Shown here piece by piece: positions 21,476 through 31,957 of a stretch of 64,000 nt of DNA. The DNA is from Candidatus Limnocylindrales bacterium (GTDB taxonomy: Bacteria; Chloroflexota; Limnocylindria; Limnocylindrales; CSP1-4). The DNA lies in NCBI GenBank assembly GCA_036003325.1, contig DASYSM010000158.1:14828-78827 (forward strand). The letters run 5' to 3'. The notes under the pieces are model-generated. The model was not told where the DNA came from. It worked only from the letters and a program-made list of their open reading frames with translations, and did no database searches. A program made the translations under genes and the position numbers. Numbering within the stretch: position 1 is the stretch's first letter; each line of letters begins with the position of its first letter.

Positions 21476-22531
21476 TCAGCGGGGATCGGGTTGCCTGGCG
21501 AGATCGGCGAACACCTTGGCGGCGGCGCGAGCCTCGTCCGACAGATCGGTCGGGAGGACGACCCTGGCCTTGACGAACAGGTCGCCGTGGCCGGCCGCCT
21601 TGAACCGCGGCATCCCCTGGCCGCGAAGGCGGAACGTCCGCCCGGGCTGGGTCCCCGGCGGGATGGTCAGCAGGACGCGGCCCTTGAGGGTGCCGACCTT
21701 GACCTGCGCGCCGAGAAGAGCCTCCTCGAGCGTGAGTGGTAGCTCGCGCTCGAGGTCGGCGCCGCGGCGGGTGAAGGTGGTGTCCGGGATCAGCCTGGTG
21801 ACGACGATGAGGTCGCCGCCACCAGGTCCGCGACCGGTCAGCTTGATCCTGGAGCCGGTGTCGGCGCCGGGCGGGATCGTGATCTCGAGACGCTTGCCGT
21901 CGACCTCGACCAGTCGGGTCGTGCCGTGGTAGGCCTCCTCGAGGGTCAGATCGGCAGTCGCCTCGTGGACCACCGGCGCGGCCGGTCTGGCGGACGCTCC
22001 GCCAGGCTGACCGCTCTGAGCGGCCGGCCGGCCGTCGATGCCCATCCCGGCGAGGATGTCCTCGAAGCCGATGCCACCGGTCGGACGCGAGCCGCGCCCG
22101 CCCGACGTCGGCGAGGGTCCGGGCGCCTCGCTGCCGAAGAACATCCGGAAGAAGTCCGAGAACTCGCCTGCGTCGGCCGTGTGGAACTCATAGCGGACGT
22201 TGCCACTGCCGCCGGCCGGGCCGCCGAACCCGCCGTACGGGCCCGCGCCGCCGGCGGTGCCCGCACCCGCCGACCGCGCCCGGCTGATCGCCTCCCAGTT
22301 CGCCCCGAGCTCGTCGTACTGCTTGCGCTTGGCCGGATCGCTCAGGACCTCGTTGGCCTCGTTGATCTCCTTGAACTTGCGCTCGGCAGCGGTGTCACCC
22401 GGCTTGGCGTCGGGGTGATGCTGCCGGGCGAGCTTGCGGAAGGCCTTCTTCACATCGGCCTGTGACGCCGTCTTGGGAAGACCCAGGACGGCGTAATAGT
22501 CCTTGTAATCCAGACCGGGGCTGCTCGCCAT
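21476..22531 (-). CDS. dnaJ: DnaJ-family co-chaperone without Cys-rich zinc finger (CbpA/DnaJ class II-like)
   Basis: J domain (YYAVLGL…HHPD), G/F-rich linker and C-terminal substrate-binding domains. No CxxCxGxG repeats. Confidence 0.85.
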   Translation of the reverse strand: MASSPGLDYKDYYAVLGLPKTASQADVKKAFRKLARQHHPDAKPGDTAAERKFKEINEANEVLSDPAKRKQYDELGANWEAISRARSAGAGTAGGAGPYGGFGGPAGGSGNVRYEFHTADAGEFSDFFRMFFGSEAPGPSPTSGGRGSRPTGGIGFEDILAGMGIDGRPAAQSGQPGGASARPAAPVVHEATADLTLEEAYHGTTRLVEVDGKRLEITIPPGADTGSRIKLTGRGPGGGDLIVVTRLIPDTTFTRRGADLERELPLTLEEALLGAQVKVGTLKGRVLLTIPPGTQPGRTFRLRGQGMPRFKAAGHGDLFVKARVVLPTDLSDEARAAAKVFADLARQPDPR

Positions 22532-22665
22532 TGGTCAACGGCCGCCGCCGGGGACGCCCGATCCGTGCGTTGCCGGCTCCGCTCCCTCGCTCACGCCCCT
22601 TGGGGTGCGCTCGCTCCGGTGCTCGCCGGCGCCTTCGCCTCGGACGCCCACGCGGCGGATCCTCC

Positions 22666-25194
22666 TTACTCCCTCTCGGCTTCCTCGGCCGTCGCCGCCT
22701 TGACGACGACCGGTGGCTGGTCGGTCGGCGGGAAGTTGGTGCGGCGGACGGTGGGCTGCTTCTCGGGTTCGGGGTCGAGCGGATCGTTGCCCTTGATGAC
22801 CTTCGGTGGCTCGGCGGCGATCGCCTTCGGCTTGCGCCGCAGTGCCGCCTCGAGGACCTGGTCCATGTTGTCCACCAGGACGAGCTTCATCGACTTCCGG
22901 ATCTCCTCCGGGATGTCGCGCAGGTCCTTCTCGTTCTTGCGCGGCAGGATGACGGTCTTGGCGCCCGCCAGGTGGGCCGCGAGGATCTTGCTCTTGAGCC
23001 CGCCGATCGGCAGGACCCGACCACGCAGCGTGATCTCGCCGGTCATCGCCACGTCCTTGCGAACGGGGATGCCCGTCAGCGCGCTGACGATGGCGGTGGC
23101 CATGGTGATCCCGGCGGACGGGCCGTCCTTCGGGATGCCGCCGGCCGGCACGTGGATGTGGAGCGTGTGCTGTTCGAAGGCGTCACGGTGGATGCCCAGC
23201 TGAGCCGCGTGGGCGCGCGTCCACGACAGGCCGGCTCGCGCCGACTCGCGCATGACCTCGCCGAGCTGGCCGGTGAGGATGAAGTCCTCGCGGCCCTCCA
23301 TGCGGGTCACCTCGATGGCGACGACATCGCCGCCGACCTCGGTCACGACCAGGCCGATGGCCGACCCGGTCTGATCCTCGGACTCGAGCTCGCCGTATTC
23401 GAAGCGCTGTGGGCCGAGCATGTCCGCGAGCTTCTTGACGTCGATGACGGTCTTGCGCCTGCGGCCCTCGGCGACCTGCCGGGCGACCTTGCGCATGACA
23501 TTGGCGATCTCGCGCTCGAGGTTCCGGACGCCGGCCTCGTGCGTGTAGGAGCGCACCAGCTCGGTCATCGCGTCATCGGTGATCTCGATGTTGCCGGCCT
23601 TGAGGCCGTGGTTCTTCATCTGCTTGGGGATGAGGAAGCGCTTGCCGATCTCGATCTTCTCCTGCTCGGTGTAGCCGGGCAGCTGGACGATCTCCATCCG
23701 GTCGCGGAGGGCCGGCGGGATCGGGTCGAGCAGGTTGGCGGTGGCGACGAACAGGACCTTGGACAGGTCGAACGGCACCTCCAGATAGTTGTCCTGGAAG
23801 GTGTTGTTCTGCTCCGGATCGAGCACCTCGAGCAGGGCCGACGACGGATCGCCACGGAAGTCCATGCCGATCTTGTCGACCTCGTCGAGCATGAACACCG
23901 GGTTGTTGGTCCCCGCGGTCTTGATGCTCTGGATGATCCGGCCGGGGAGCGCGCCGATGTAGGTCCGGCGGTGTCCGCGGATCTCGGCCTCGTCGTGGAT
24001 GCCGCCGAGGCTCATCCGGACGAACTTGCGGCCCATCGCCCGGGCGATGCTCTTGCCCAGGCTGGTCTTGCCGACGCCGGGCGGCCCGACGAAGGCGAGG
24101 ATCGGGCTGCGGATCTCGTCGGCGAGCGTGCGCACGGCGAGGTACTCGAGGATCCGCTCCTTGATCTTCTCGAGGCCGTAGTGGTCCTCATCAAGGATGC
24201 GGGCGGCTTCCTTGATGTCGAGCTGGTCGTCGGTCGAGACGTTCCACGGCAGGCCGACCAGCCAGTCGACGTAGGTGCGGATGACGCCGACCTCCGGGGA
24301 CGCGGACGGGATCCGGCTCATTCGGTCGACTTCCTTGATCGCCCGGGCCTTGATCTCGTCGGGCATCCCGGCCGACTCGACCTTCTCGCGCAGCTCGTTG
24401 ATCTCGGCCTGCTGCGGGTCGTCCTCGCCCAGCTCGCGCTGGATGGCCTTGAGCTGCTCGCGCAGGATGTACTCGCGCTGGGTCTTGTCCATCTCGGACT
24501 TGACCTCGGACTGGATCCGGCCCTTGAGCTCGAGGATCTCGATCTGGTGGGCGAGGAAGTTGGAGACGAGCTTGAGCCGCTCGGTGACGTCGATCGTCTC
24601 GAGCATCTCCTGGCGCTGCTCGGTCGACATGTCCGGGCTGTAGGCGACCATGTCGGCCAGCAATCCGGGCTCGCTGATGTTGCGCGCCGCGACCGCGGCC
24701 TCGGGCGGCACGGGCGCGCCGTTGGCGACGTACTGCTCGATCTGGGCCTGGACCGTGCGCATCAGCGCCTGGACCTCCAGGCCCTCGGGGCTCTCGTCGG
24801 GGAGCTCCTCGATGGTCGCGCGCAGGAACGGCTCGGTCGCCGAGAAGCCATGGACGCGCAGGCGACCCTGGCCCTGGACGATCGCCCGGACGGTCCCGTC
24901 CTGGAGCTGCACGACCTGGGCGATCTTGGCGAGGGTGCCGATCGAGTAGAGCTCGGAGGGATCTTCGATGTCCTCCTGCTCGGCCTGGCGCTGGGTGACC
25001 AGCGCGATCGGTCCGCCTTCGAGGACGGCGGCGTTGAGCGCATTCACGCTCTTCTCGCGCCCGACCTGGAGGGGGACGATCATCTCGGGGAAGATGACGG
25101 TCTCGCGCAGGGCGACCAACGGCAGGTCGCGGATGCCGGCCGCGGTGGCTGGGGTGGGCTGCTCGTCGACCGGGGATGACGGTCGCTTGGCCAT
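22666..25194 (-). CDS. lon: ATP-dependent Lon protease
   Basis: 842 aa. Lon N-terminal domain, AAA+ module (GPPGVGKTS) and S16 protease domain with the Ser-Lys dyad (PKDGPSAG). Confidence 0.95.
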   Translation of the reverse strand: MAKRPSSPVDEQPTPATAAGIRDLPLVALRETVIFPEMIVPLQVGREKSVNALNAAVLEGGPIALVTQRQAEQEDIEDPSELYSIGTLAKIAQVVQLQDGTVRAIVQGQGRLRVHGFSATEPFLRATIEELPDESPEGLEVQALMRTVQAQIEQYVANGAPVPPEAAVAARNISEPGLLADMVAYSPDMSTEQRQEMLETIDVTERLKLVSNFLAHQIEILELKGRIQSEVKSEMDKTQREYILREQLKAIQRELGEDDPQQAEINELREKVESAGMPDEIKARAIKEVDRMSRIPSASPEVGVIRTYVDWLVGLPWNVSTDDQLDIKEAARILDEDHYGLEKIKERILEYLAVRTLADEIRSPILAFVGPPGVGKTSLGKSIARAMGRKFVRMSLGGIHDEAEIRGHRRTYIGALPGRIIQSIKTAGTNNPVFMLDEVDKIGMDFRGDPSSALLEVLDPEQNNTFQDNYLEVPFDLSKVLFVATANLLDPIPPALRDRMEIVQLPGYTEQEKIEIGKRFLIPKQMKNHGLKAGNIEITDDAMTELVRSYTHEAGVRNLEREIANVMRKVARQVAEGRRRKTVIDVKKLADMLGPQRFEYGELESEDQTGSAIGLVVTEVGGDVVAIEVTRMEGREDFILTGQLGEVMRESARAGLSWTRAHAAQLGIHRDAFEQHTLHIHVPAGGIPKDGPSAGITMATAIVSALTGIPVRKDVAMTGEITLRGRVLPIGGLKSKILAAHLAGAKTVILPRKNEKDLRDIPEEIRKSMKLVLVDNMDQVLEAALRRKPKAIAAEPPKVIKGNDPLDPEPEKQPTVRRTNFPPTDQPPVVVKAATAEEAERE

Positions 25195-25205
25195 GAGGAA
25201 CTCTC

Positions 25206-25571
25206 CTAGGTGTCTGCTGGTGTCGTCGGGGCTGGCGCGGTGGCGGACGCGTCGGGCGTCTGCTGCTCCGCGGTCCCCTCGGCATAGAGGGCTTCGAGGA
25301 TCCGAGCGCCGAGACGCTCTTCGAGCTCGAACAGGATCCGGATGCCGGCGAGATTGACGCCGCGATCGCGGGTCAGGTGCCGGATCCAGGTGAGTCGACG
25401 GATGTCGTTCTCGCTGTAGAGGCGGATGTTGGTGGGGGTCCGGGCCGGACAGAGCAGGCCCTCGTCCTCATAGATCCGGAGGGTCCGCGGGTGCGCGCTG
25501 ACGAGTGTCGCGGCCACGCTGATGACGTAGACCGGCCTCTCGGGATCGTGCTCTGGACGGACCTGGGACAT
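25206..25571 (-). CDS. hspR: Heat-shock transcriptional repressor HspR (MerR family)
   Basis: 121 aa. MerR-type HTH (YVISVAATLVSAHPRTLRIYEDEGLL). Located immediately upstream of lon-dnaJ-clpB. Confidence 0.85.
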   Translation of the reverse strand: MSQVRPEHDPERPVYVISVAATLVSAHPRTLRIYEDEGLLCPARTPTNIRLYSENDIRRLTWIRHLTRDRGVNLAGIRILFELEERLGARILEALYAEGTAEQQTPDASATAPAPTTPADT

Positions 25572-25576
25572 GAACG

Positions 25577-25597
25577 GATGCTAGAACCTTGACAATG
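25577..25597. promoter_or_regulatory. HAIR-like inverted repeat (HspR operator) CTTGACA-N7-TGTCAAG
   Basis: Perfect 7-bp inverted-repeat arms with 7-bp spacer, about 6 bp upstream of the hspR start. Close to the HAIR consensus CTTGAGT-N7-ACTCAAG. Confidence 0.6.
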
Positions 25598-25694
25598 TCG
25601 TTGTCAAGAGTGTTGCGCGTTCTTTACGTTGAGAGTGGCGTCGCACGGGGGCCGGGTCAGGCTGACGCGTTACTGGTCGAGGGGGCGCCGCGGG

Positions 25695-25748
25695 TGCCGA
25701 GTGGGCGGTGCGGGCCGAGTGGGTGCCGCGGGCCGAGTGGGTGCCGCG
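25695..25748. repeat. 18-bp direct tandem repeat x3 (GCCGAGTGGGTGCCGCGG)
   Basis: Two perfect copies plus one degenerate copy, sitting between the HAIR operator and the trkA 3' end. Confidence 0.7.
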
Positions 25749-25979
25749 GTCACCGGCAGATTCCTGCCAGATGCTCACCAGGCGAGCGTTCGTCAGGTGC
25801 CTGCCGACAGATGACTCACTGGGCGAGCATCTGCCGGGATTCTTCGGCGTCCTCGGGTCGTGGCACGCTCAGGTCCCCGATCGGTCGGTTCGCTGCGAAG
25901 GTCGAACGCTCGCCTGGTGTGCGTTTGGCAGGATCCCGGGGCACCACGCCGGTACCGCGCGCACCCGGGCAGCCCGCCC

Positions 25980-26666
25980 CTACCGCGTCGACGTCTCCAA
26001 CCCCTCAGGATCACCGATGAGCTGGTCGTGCAGCAGGTCCTGGCACTCCTGCTTGCCGATGGCGATGACCTTGTCGCCCTCGAGCATGACCGTGTCGGGC
26101 CGGAGGGGCGTCGCGACGCCATCGCGGATGACCGCGAACAGCGAGCAGCCGTCGGGGATCGACAGGTCCTTGGGCGCGCGGCCGATCGCCGGCGACCCCG
26201 ACTGGAGATGCGCCTCGATGAGCTCGAGCTCGCCCTCGCCGAGGGCTGCCAGGTGGAGGAGCTCGTGGACCGGGATGTCCTGCTCGATCGAGCCCAGGAT
26301 CATCCGGGTCGGACTGATCAGCTCGTCCACCCCGAGGTGGCGGAAGAGCGCCTCGTTCTTCGGGTTGTTGACCCGGGCGATCGTCCGCGGCACGTCGAAG
26401 TGGTGCTTCGCCATCTGGCAGATCACGAGGTTGTCCTCGTCGTCGCCGGTGACCGCGGCCACCACGTCCGCCCGGTTGCAGCCGGCCTCGGCGAGGTACT
26501 TGCCCTCGCAGCCGTCGTGAGCGATGACGATCGAGCCGATCTCGTCGGCGATCTCCCTGGCGCGTCGTGGCTCCTTCTCCATGAGCGCCACTTCGTGGCC
26601 GGATTCGATCAATTCCTTGGCGAGGTAGTAGCCGACCTTCCCCCCGCCGACGACGAGTACGAACAT
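25980..26666 (-). CDS. trkA: TrkA-family K+ transport NAD-binding regulatory protein
   Basis: Start MFVLVVGGGKVGY (Rossmann GxGxxG) preceded by a GGAGG ribosome-binding site. RCK_N plus RCK_C (TrkA_C) domains. Confidence 0.8.
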   Translation of the reverse strand: MFVLVVGGGKVGYYLAKELIESGHEVALMEKEPRRAREIADEIGSIVIAHDGCEGKYLAEAGCNRADVVAAVTGDDEDNLVICQMAKHHFDVPRTIARVNNPKNEALFRHLGVDELISPTRMILGSIEQDIPVHELLHLAALGEGELELIEAHLQSGSPAIGRAPKDLSIPDGCSLFAVIRDGVATPLRPDTVMLEGDKVIAIGKQECQDLLHDQLIGDPEGLETSTR

Positions 26667-26671
26667 CGGGC

Positions 26672-27283
26672 TCAGACCTCCTTGATCGCGCTGGTGGCGC
26701 CGGTCGCGCCGGTCGGGCCGCTCGCGCCGCTCGGTGTGCCGGCAGCTCCGGCCGCACCGGCCGCTCCGGTCGGTGTGCCCGCCGCCCCCGCCGCGCCGGC
26801 CGCGCCCGCCGCCCCGAGGGCGACGCCCCGCTCGTGCTGGTCGTGCTGGCCCGTCGGGGCCAGCATCCCCGGCAGGTTCGACAGAGGCAGGCCCAGATAG
26901 CGGTCGACCGCGTCGACCATCAGGCCGGTCCGGCACAGGGTCGCGATCCCGAGCTCGGCGTACGCCTGCGCACGCAGCGGATCGTTGATCTTGGCGATGA
27001 CCTTGCCGATCCCCAGTGCCTCGTTGGCCAGCTGGGCGGCCATCACGTTCCGGTTGTCGCCCTCGGTCAGGGCGAGGAAGACATCGGCACCGGCGGCGCC
27101 GGCGCGTTCGAGAACGTCCTCGTCGGTCCCGTCTCCCCGGATGGCTGTCCCGCCGAACGTCGAGGGCAGGCGATCGAATGCGGACGTGAGGCTGTCGATG
27201 ACGAGCACCTCGTGGCCGGTCCGGTCATAGGCGTCGGCGATCGATGCGCCGACCCGGCCGCATCCGACGATGACGATCTTCAC
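26672..27283 (-). CDS. trkA: TrkA-family NAD-binding protein with low-complexity (GAA)n C-terminal tail
   Basis: GTG start VKIVIVGCGRVG overlapping the USP stop (GTGA). RCK_N domain. The C-terminal GAAGAAGAAGTPTG repeats are encoded by a DNA tandem repeat. Confidence 0.75.
   Translation of the reverse strand: MKIVIVGCGRVGASIADAYDRTGHEVLVIDSLTSAFDRLPSTFGGTAIRGDGTDEDVLERAGAAGADVFLALTEGDNRNVMAAQLANEALGIGKVIAKINDPLRAQAYAELGIATLCRTGLMVDAVDRYLGLPLSNLPGMLAPTGQHDQHERGVALGAAGAAGAAGAAGTPTGAAGAAGAAGTPSGASGPTGATGATSAIKEV
26690..26830. repeat. GC-rich imperfect tandem repeat (~30-bp unit) inside the trkA-like 3' end
   Basis: A repeated gccggcgc(c/g)gc…ggtgtgcc unit that codes for the (AAG)n tail. Confidence 0.6.
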
Positions 27284-27738
27284 GCTGGCTCCTCGTTGAT
27301 GGGATCGCGCACGACCCAGACCGCGCACGGGGCGTTCTGGAGGATGTACGGGATGGTCCGGCCGATGGCGAACTCGCCACCGAACCGCTTTCGATAGGGC
27401 AGGCCGACGACGAGCAGGTCCGCGCCACGTTCCGTGGTCTCGTCGACGATGGCGGCACCGACGTCGCGTGCCTGGAGCAGCACCGGCTCGAGGGCGATGC
27501 GGTAGTCCTCGGCCACCGATTCGGCCATGTCGAGCACGCGCTGGACCTCCTCGGAACGCCCGGCGATGTCCGCGTCGAGCGGCAGCGTCCAGTCGATCTC
27601 GACGACGTGGACGGCCACCAGCTGGGCCTTCGTCTGGCGGGCGTACTCGGCCGCCAGCCGCACGATCCGGCCGTCGCTCGATCCACCGTTGAGCGCGAGG
27701 ACCGCGCGGCGGAAAGCCGGCGCGTGGGCGTCTGACAT
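27280..27738 (-). CDS. Universal stress protein (UspA family)
   Basis: 152 aa with a USP alpha/beta fold and an ATP-binding-type motif (GLPYRKRFGGEFAIGRT). Confidence 0.8.
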   Translation of the reverse strand: MSDAHAPAFRRAVLALNGGSSDGRIVRLAAEYARQTKAQLVAVHVVEIDWTLPLDADIAGRSEEVQRVLDMAESVAEDYRIALEPVLLQARDVGAAIVDETTERGADLLVVGLPYRKRFGGEFAIGRTIPYILQNAPCAVWVVRDPINEEPA

Positions 27739-27771
27739 GGCCCGTCACGATACCACCGGTCGAACGGGCGG

Positions 27772-29895
27772 TCAGTGCGTCGGCGGCCTACCCGTCGGTG
27801 GCCCGTCCGACCGCGGTCCGGGCGGCGCGTCGGGCCCCGGGCGCTCCTGGCGCTCGCCGCCGAGCGCGGCCTCGAACAGTGCCGGGTCCTCGCGTCGATA
27901 GGGCACCGCAACGACGACCGTGTGCGGCCGCCCGAGCAGCACGCTGCGCAGCCGCTTGGCGGACTGGTTGTACAGGATGCGCTCCCACCAGCTGCGGGCC
28001 ACGTACTCGGGGATGACCACGAAGGTGATCGGCGATGCCTTGTCGGGCGGCCACGCCGAGTCGAGCACGTCCAGGTAGGCGAGCAGCGGACCGACCAGGG
28101 TGCGGTACGGCGACTCGACGACGACCAGCGGGACGCCGGGCACCTGGCGCTCGAAGTCGGCGCGCAGCCGGGCGGCATCGTCGGGGTCGTCGGTGATGTA
28201 CACCGCCCGGACATCGTCGCTGACCGAGCGCGCGACGTTGATCGCCTGGACGACGGCGCGATTGAGGCCGGGGATCGGTACCACCGCGCGTTCCTCGCGA
28301 TATGGCGCACGGATCACGATGTCGGGCGAGACCGCCACCTCGCGCGACGAGCGGGTGTACTGGCGCTTGATGAACAGCATCATCGCGACGAGCAGCGGCA
28401 CGAGGATGACGACCAGGTAGGCCCCATCGCGGAACTTCTCGGAGACGACGACCACGAGCACGACCGCGGTCAGGACCGCGCCGATGGCGTTGATCACGCT
28501 CCGCCATCGCCAACCCGTCTCGCGCACCTCGCGCCAGTGCTTGACCATCCCGATCTGGCTCAGCGTGAAGCACACGAAGACGCCCACCGAGTAGAGCGGG
28601 ATGAGGGCGTGGGTATCACCGCCGAATGCCCATAGCAGCCCGAACGCGACGGCCGCCAGCAGCACGATCCCCCACGAGTAGGCGAGGCGGTCGCCGCGGA
28701 ACGAGAACTGGCGGGGCATATAGCCGTCCTCGGCCAGGATGGCGGCGAGCCGCGGGAAGGCGTTGAAGCTCGTGTTCGCGGCGAGGAACAGGATGAGCGC
28801 CGTCGCGGCGGCAAAGCCGATGAACAACGGCGACCCGTCGCCGAACGCTGCCGCTGCGGCCAGTGCGACGATCGACGGACCGCCGGGGAGGGTGGGCCGG
28901 AGCCCGTAGGCCACCGCGAACACGGTCAGGCCCACGAACAGGATCCCCAGCAGGATCGACATCGCGGTCATCGTGTTGGCTGCGTTCCTGGCCTCTGGGG
29001 GCTTGAACGCGGGAACCCCGTTGGCGATGGCCTCGACACCGGTCAGCGCGACCGAGCCACCAGCGAAGGCCTTGAGCAGGAGCAGGATGCCGATCGGCTC
29101 GAGCTGGTTCTGGGGTGGGAAGGGGACGGCGTCGACGGGCGGTACCTGGACCACGGTCCCGGCCACGATGTTGACCAGCCCGATGGCGATGATCATCAGC
29201 GCGAGCCCCACGAACAGGTACGTCGGGACGGCGAAGATGTTGCCCGACTCACGCAGGCCACGAAGGTTGGCGACGGTGATGAGGGAGATCGACACGAACG
29301 CGATCTCGATCCGGAAGTCGTACGCGGCCGGGATGACCGACTGGATCTGGGCGATCGCCGAGGCCGTCGACACCGCGACCGTCATCACGTAGTCGATCAG
29401 CAGCGCCGCCGCGGCGATCAGCCCGAAGATCGGCGCGAGGTTGGTCTTGGCCACGATGTACGCGCCGCCACCGTTCGGGTAGGCGCGGCAGACCTGGCGA
29501 TACGACAGCGACACCACCGCCAGGAGCACGGTGATGGCGATCGACACCTGGATCGACAGGAACAGCGCGCTCGCCCCACCCAACAGCAGCACGCGCATGA
29601 TCTCTTCGGTCGCGTAGGCCGAGGAGCTGATCGCGTCGGAGCTGAAGATGGCCAGTGCCTTGGTCTTCGACAGGCGCTCGCCGATCTCCTCCTCGGTCGA
29701 CAGGGGGCGCCCGAAGACGACCGTGCGGACCCGCCGGAGGAGCCGTCCGCCTGGGGTCAGCGGCACATTGGCCGCCGGCTTGGCGACGAGCGTGCCGGCA
29801 CCCATGTACCGGAAGTAGGGGGCGTGCGGACGTTCGACCCGGACGCGACGGTCCGCCGGCTTGCGACCCCGGAGGGGCCGCCTCCCACCGATCAC
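27772..29895 (-). CDS. KimA-like APC-superfamily K+/H+ symporter with cytoplasmic C-terminal domain (paralog 1)
   Basis: RLSKTKALAIFSSDAISSSAYATEEI … SYRQVCRAYPNGGGAYIVAKTNL is collinear with B. subtilis KimA (KLKALAMLSSDALSSVAYGTEQI … SYRQIIYAYPQGGGAYIVSKENL). GTG start; true start may be internal. Confidence 0.8.
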   Translation of the reverse strand: MIGGRRPLRGRKPADRRVRVERPHAPYFRYMGAGTLVAKPAANVPLTPGGRLLRRVRTVVFGRPLSTEEEIGERLSKTKALAIFSSDAISSSAYATEEIMRVLLLGGASALFLSIQVSIAITVLLAVVSLSYRQVCRAYPNGGGAYIVAKTNLAPIFGLIAAAALLIDYVMTVAVSTASAIAQIQSVIPAAYDFRIEIAFVSISLITVANLRGLRESGNIFAVPTYLFVGLALMIIAIGLVNIVAGTVVQVPPVDAVPFPPQNQLEPIGILLLLKAFAGGSVALTGVEAIANGVPAFKPPEARNAANTMTAMSILLGILFVGLTVFAVAYGLRPTLPGGPSIVALAAAAAFGDGSPLFIGFAAATALILFLAANTSFNAFPRLAAILAEDGYMPRQFSFRGDRLAYSWGIVLLAAVAFGLLWAFGGDTHALIPLYSVGVFVCFTLSQIGMVKHWREVRETGWRWRSVINAIGAVLTAVVLVVVVSEKFRDGAYLVVILVPLLVAMMLFIKRQYTRSSREVAVSPDIVIRAPYREERAVVPIPGLNRAVVQAINVARSVSDDVRAVYITDDPDDAARLRADFERQVPGVPLVVVESPYRTLVGPLLAYLDVLDSAWPPDKASPITFVVIPEYVARSWWERILYNQSAKRLRSVLLGRPHTVVVAVPYRREDPALFEAALGGERQERPGPDAPPGPRSDGPPTGRPPTH

Positions 29896-29938
29896 ATGAG
29901 GACTCCGCTACGACGTGGGCGCGCGATGGCGGCGGGCG

Positions 29939-31948
29939 TCAATGGCCGCGACGGTAGGGTACGTCCGCGATGACCGTGTGCTCGCGGCCGACCAGGGCTG
30001 CCTTCAGCCGCTTGGCGGTCTGGTTGTACAGCAAGCGGTCCCACCAGTGCCGGGCGACGTATTCGGGCAGGACGACGATGGTGATCGGGGCCTCCTTCTC
30101 GGGCGGCCACGCCTGGTCGAGGATATCGAGGTAGGCGACCACCGGTGAGATGACCGCCCGGTACGGCGATTCGACGATGACCAGCGGCACGTCGGGGAGC
30201 TGGCGCTCCCAGCGGGCACGGATGATGTCGGCCTCATCGAGGTCGTCGGTGACGTAGACCGCCCGAACGTCGCGGGTGATCGACCGCCCGAAGTTGACGG
30301 CCTGCACGACAGCCCGGTTGACGCCGTTGACCGGCACGATGACGCGCTGCTCGCGATGGGGACCCGGCAGGACGCCTTCGTCGCGGACGCGCAGCTCGAG
30401 CTCCTGCGCCTCGTACTGGCGACGGACGAACGACATCGCGAGGACCATCAGCGGGATCAGGACGATGACCAACCAGGCGCCGTCCCAGAACTTGACCGAG
30501 ATGACGATGACCGCGACGAGGGCCGTCAAGGTCGCACCGAAGGCGTTGATCGCCAGTCGCCGCTGGTAGCCGGGCGATCGCTCGCGAAGCCAGTGGCGGA
30601 CCATGCCGGTCTGGCTGATGGTGAAGTCGATGAACACGCCGACGGCATACAGCGGGATCAGCAGGTGGGTCTCGCCCTTGAACACGATGATCAGCAGGGC
30701 GGCCAGCCCGCCGAGCACGACGACCCCGTACGAGAAGGCCAGCCGATCACCCCGCAACGCGAACTGGCGGGGCATGTTGCCGTCGCCGGCCAGGATCGCC
30801 AGCAGGCGCGGGAAGGCGTTGAAGCTGGTGTTCGCGGCCAGGAACAGCAGCGTCGCGGTGAAGATCTGGAACAGGTAGAACGCGACGCCGTCTCCGTACA
30901 CGAAGCGCGCCACCTGCGAGATGACCGTGGCCGGCTGGAACGGGCCCGGCGGCAGGATCGCGAGGTTGACCGCCAGGAACGTGATCCCGATGAAGAGGAT
31001 GGCCAGCAGCGCGGCCATCACCCCGAGGGTGGTCGCCGCGTTGCGCGACTCGGGCGGCTTGAACGCCGGCACGCCGGTGGCGATGGCTTCGGTGCCGGTC
31101 AGGGCCACCGCGCCCGCCGCGAAGGCACGCAGCAGCAGGATCAGTGACAGCGGCTGGAGCGTCGCGCCGACCTGTGACTCGAGGATCGGCTGGTAGGTCG
31201 ATCCCTCGCCGAGGACGACGATCCGGAACGAGCCGACCGCGATCATCACCAGGGCCGACACGACGAACAGGTAGGTCGGCAGGGCGAAGATGTTGCCCGC
31301 TTCGCGCAGCCCGCGCAGGTTCGCGAGCGCGATGAGGGCGATGGCCGTCACGCCGATCTCGACCCGGAGGTCGAGCAGGGACGGGAAGGCCGAGGTGATC
31401 TGCTCGACCGCGGACGAGGTCGACACGGCGACCGTCATCACGTAGTCGATGAGCAGCGCGGACGCGGCGATCAGCGAGACGGTCCGCCCGATGTTCCGCT
31501 TCGACACCGAGTACGAGCCGCCGCCGGTCGGGTAGGCGATGCAGATCTGGCGGTAGCTGATGGCGACCGCGACGAGCAGGACCGAGATGGCGATGCTGAC
31601 CTCGATCCCGTATGCCAGTGCCGCGATGCCGCCGACGAGGAGGGCGCGGAGGATCTCTTCGGTGGCGTAGGCCGACGAGGAGATCGCGTCCGAGCTGAAG
31701 ATCGCGAGCGCCTTCTTCTTCGACAGTCGCTCGCCGAGCTCCTCCTCGCTCGCGAGCGGCCGGCCGACGAGCAGTCCGCGGATCGATGCCCAGGCGCGTC
31801 CGCTCGGGGTCGTCGGGATGCTGGCAGCCTCCTTGGCGGTCAGCTGGCCGGGACCGGTGTAGCGAAAGTACGGCGCGTGAGGCCGCTCGACCCGGACGCG
31901 CCGGTCACCCGGCTTGCGGCCCTGCAGGGATCGCCGGCCGCCGATCAC
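29939..31948 (-). CDS. KimA-like APC-superfamily K+ transporter (paralog 2, tandem duplicate)
   Basis: 669 aa, highly similar to the adjacent paralog including the N-terminal extension. GTG start. Confidence 0.8.
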   Translation of the reverse strand: MIGGRRSLQGRKPGDRRVRVERPHAPYFRYTGPGQLTAKEAASIPTTPSGRAWASIRGLLVGRPLASEEELGERLSKKKALAIFSSDAISSSAYATEEILRALLVGGIAALAYGIEVSIAISVLLVAVAISYRQICIAYPTGGGSYSVSKRNIGRTVSLIAASALLIDYVMTVAVSTSSAVEQITSAFPSLLDLRVEIGVTAIALIALANLRGLREAGNIFALPTYLFVVSALVMIAVGSFRIVVLGEGSTYQPILESQVGATLQPLSLILLLRAFAAGAVALTGTEAIATGVPAFKPPESRNAATTLGVMAALLAILFIGITFLAVNLAILPPGPFQPATVISQVARFVYGDGVAFYLFQIFTATLLFLAANTSFNAFPRLLAILAGDGNMPRQFALRGDRLAFSYGVVVLGGLAALLIIVFKGETHLLIPLYAVGVFIDFTISQTGMVRHWLRERSPGYQRRLAINAFGATLTALVAVIVISVKFWDGAWLVIVLIPLMVLAMSFVRRQYEAQELELRVRDEGVLPGPHREQRVIVPVNGVNRAVVQAVNFGRSITRDVRAVYVTDDLDEADIIRARWERQLPDVPLVIVESPYRAVISPVVAYLDILDQAWPPEKEAPITIVVLPEYVARHWWDRLLYNQTAKRLKAALVGREHTVIADVPYRRGH

Positions 31949-31957
31949 GGAGCGATG

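Noticed and set aside
25695-25748. The 18-bp triple repeat considered as a mini-CRISPR array
   Set aside because: The copies are directly adjacent with no spacers, there are only 3 units, and no cas genes. It is a simple tandem repeat.
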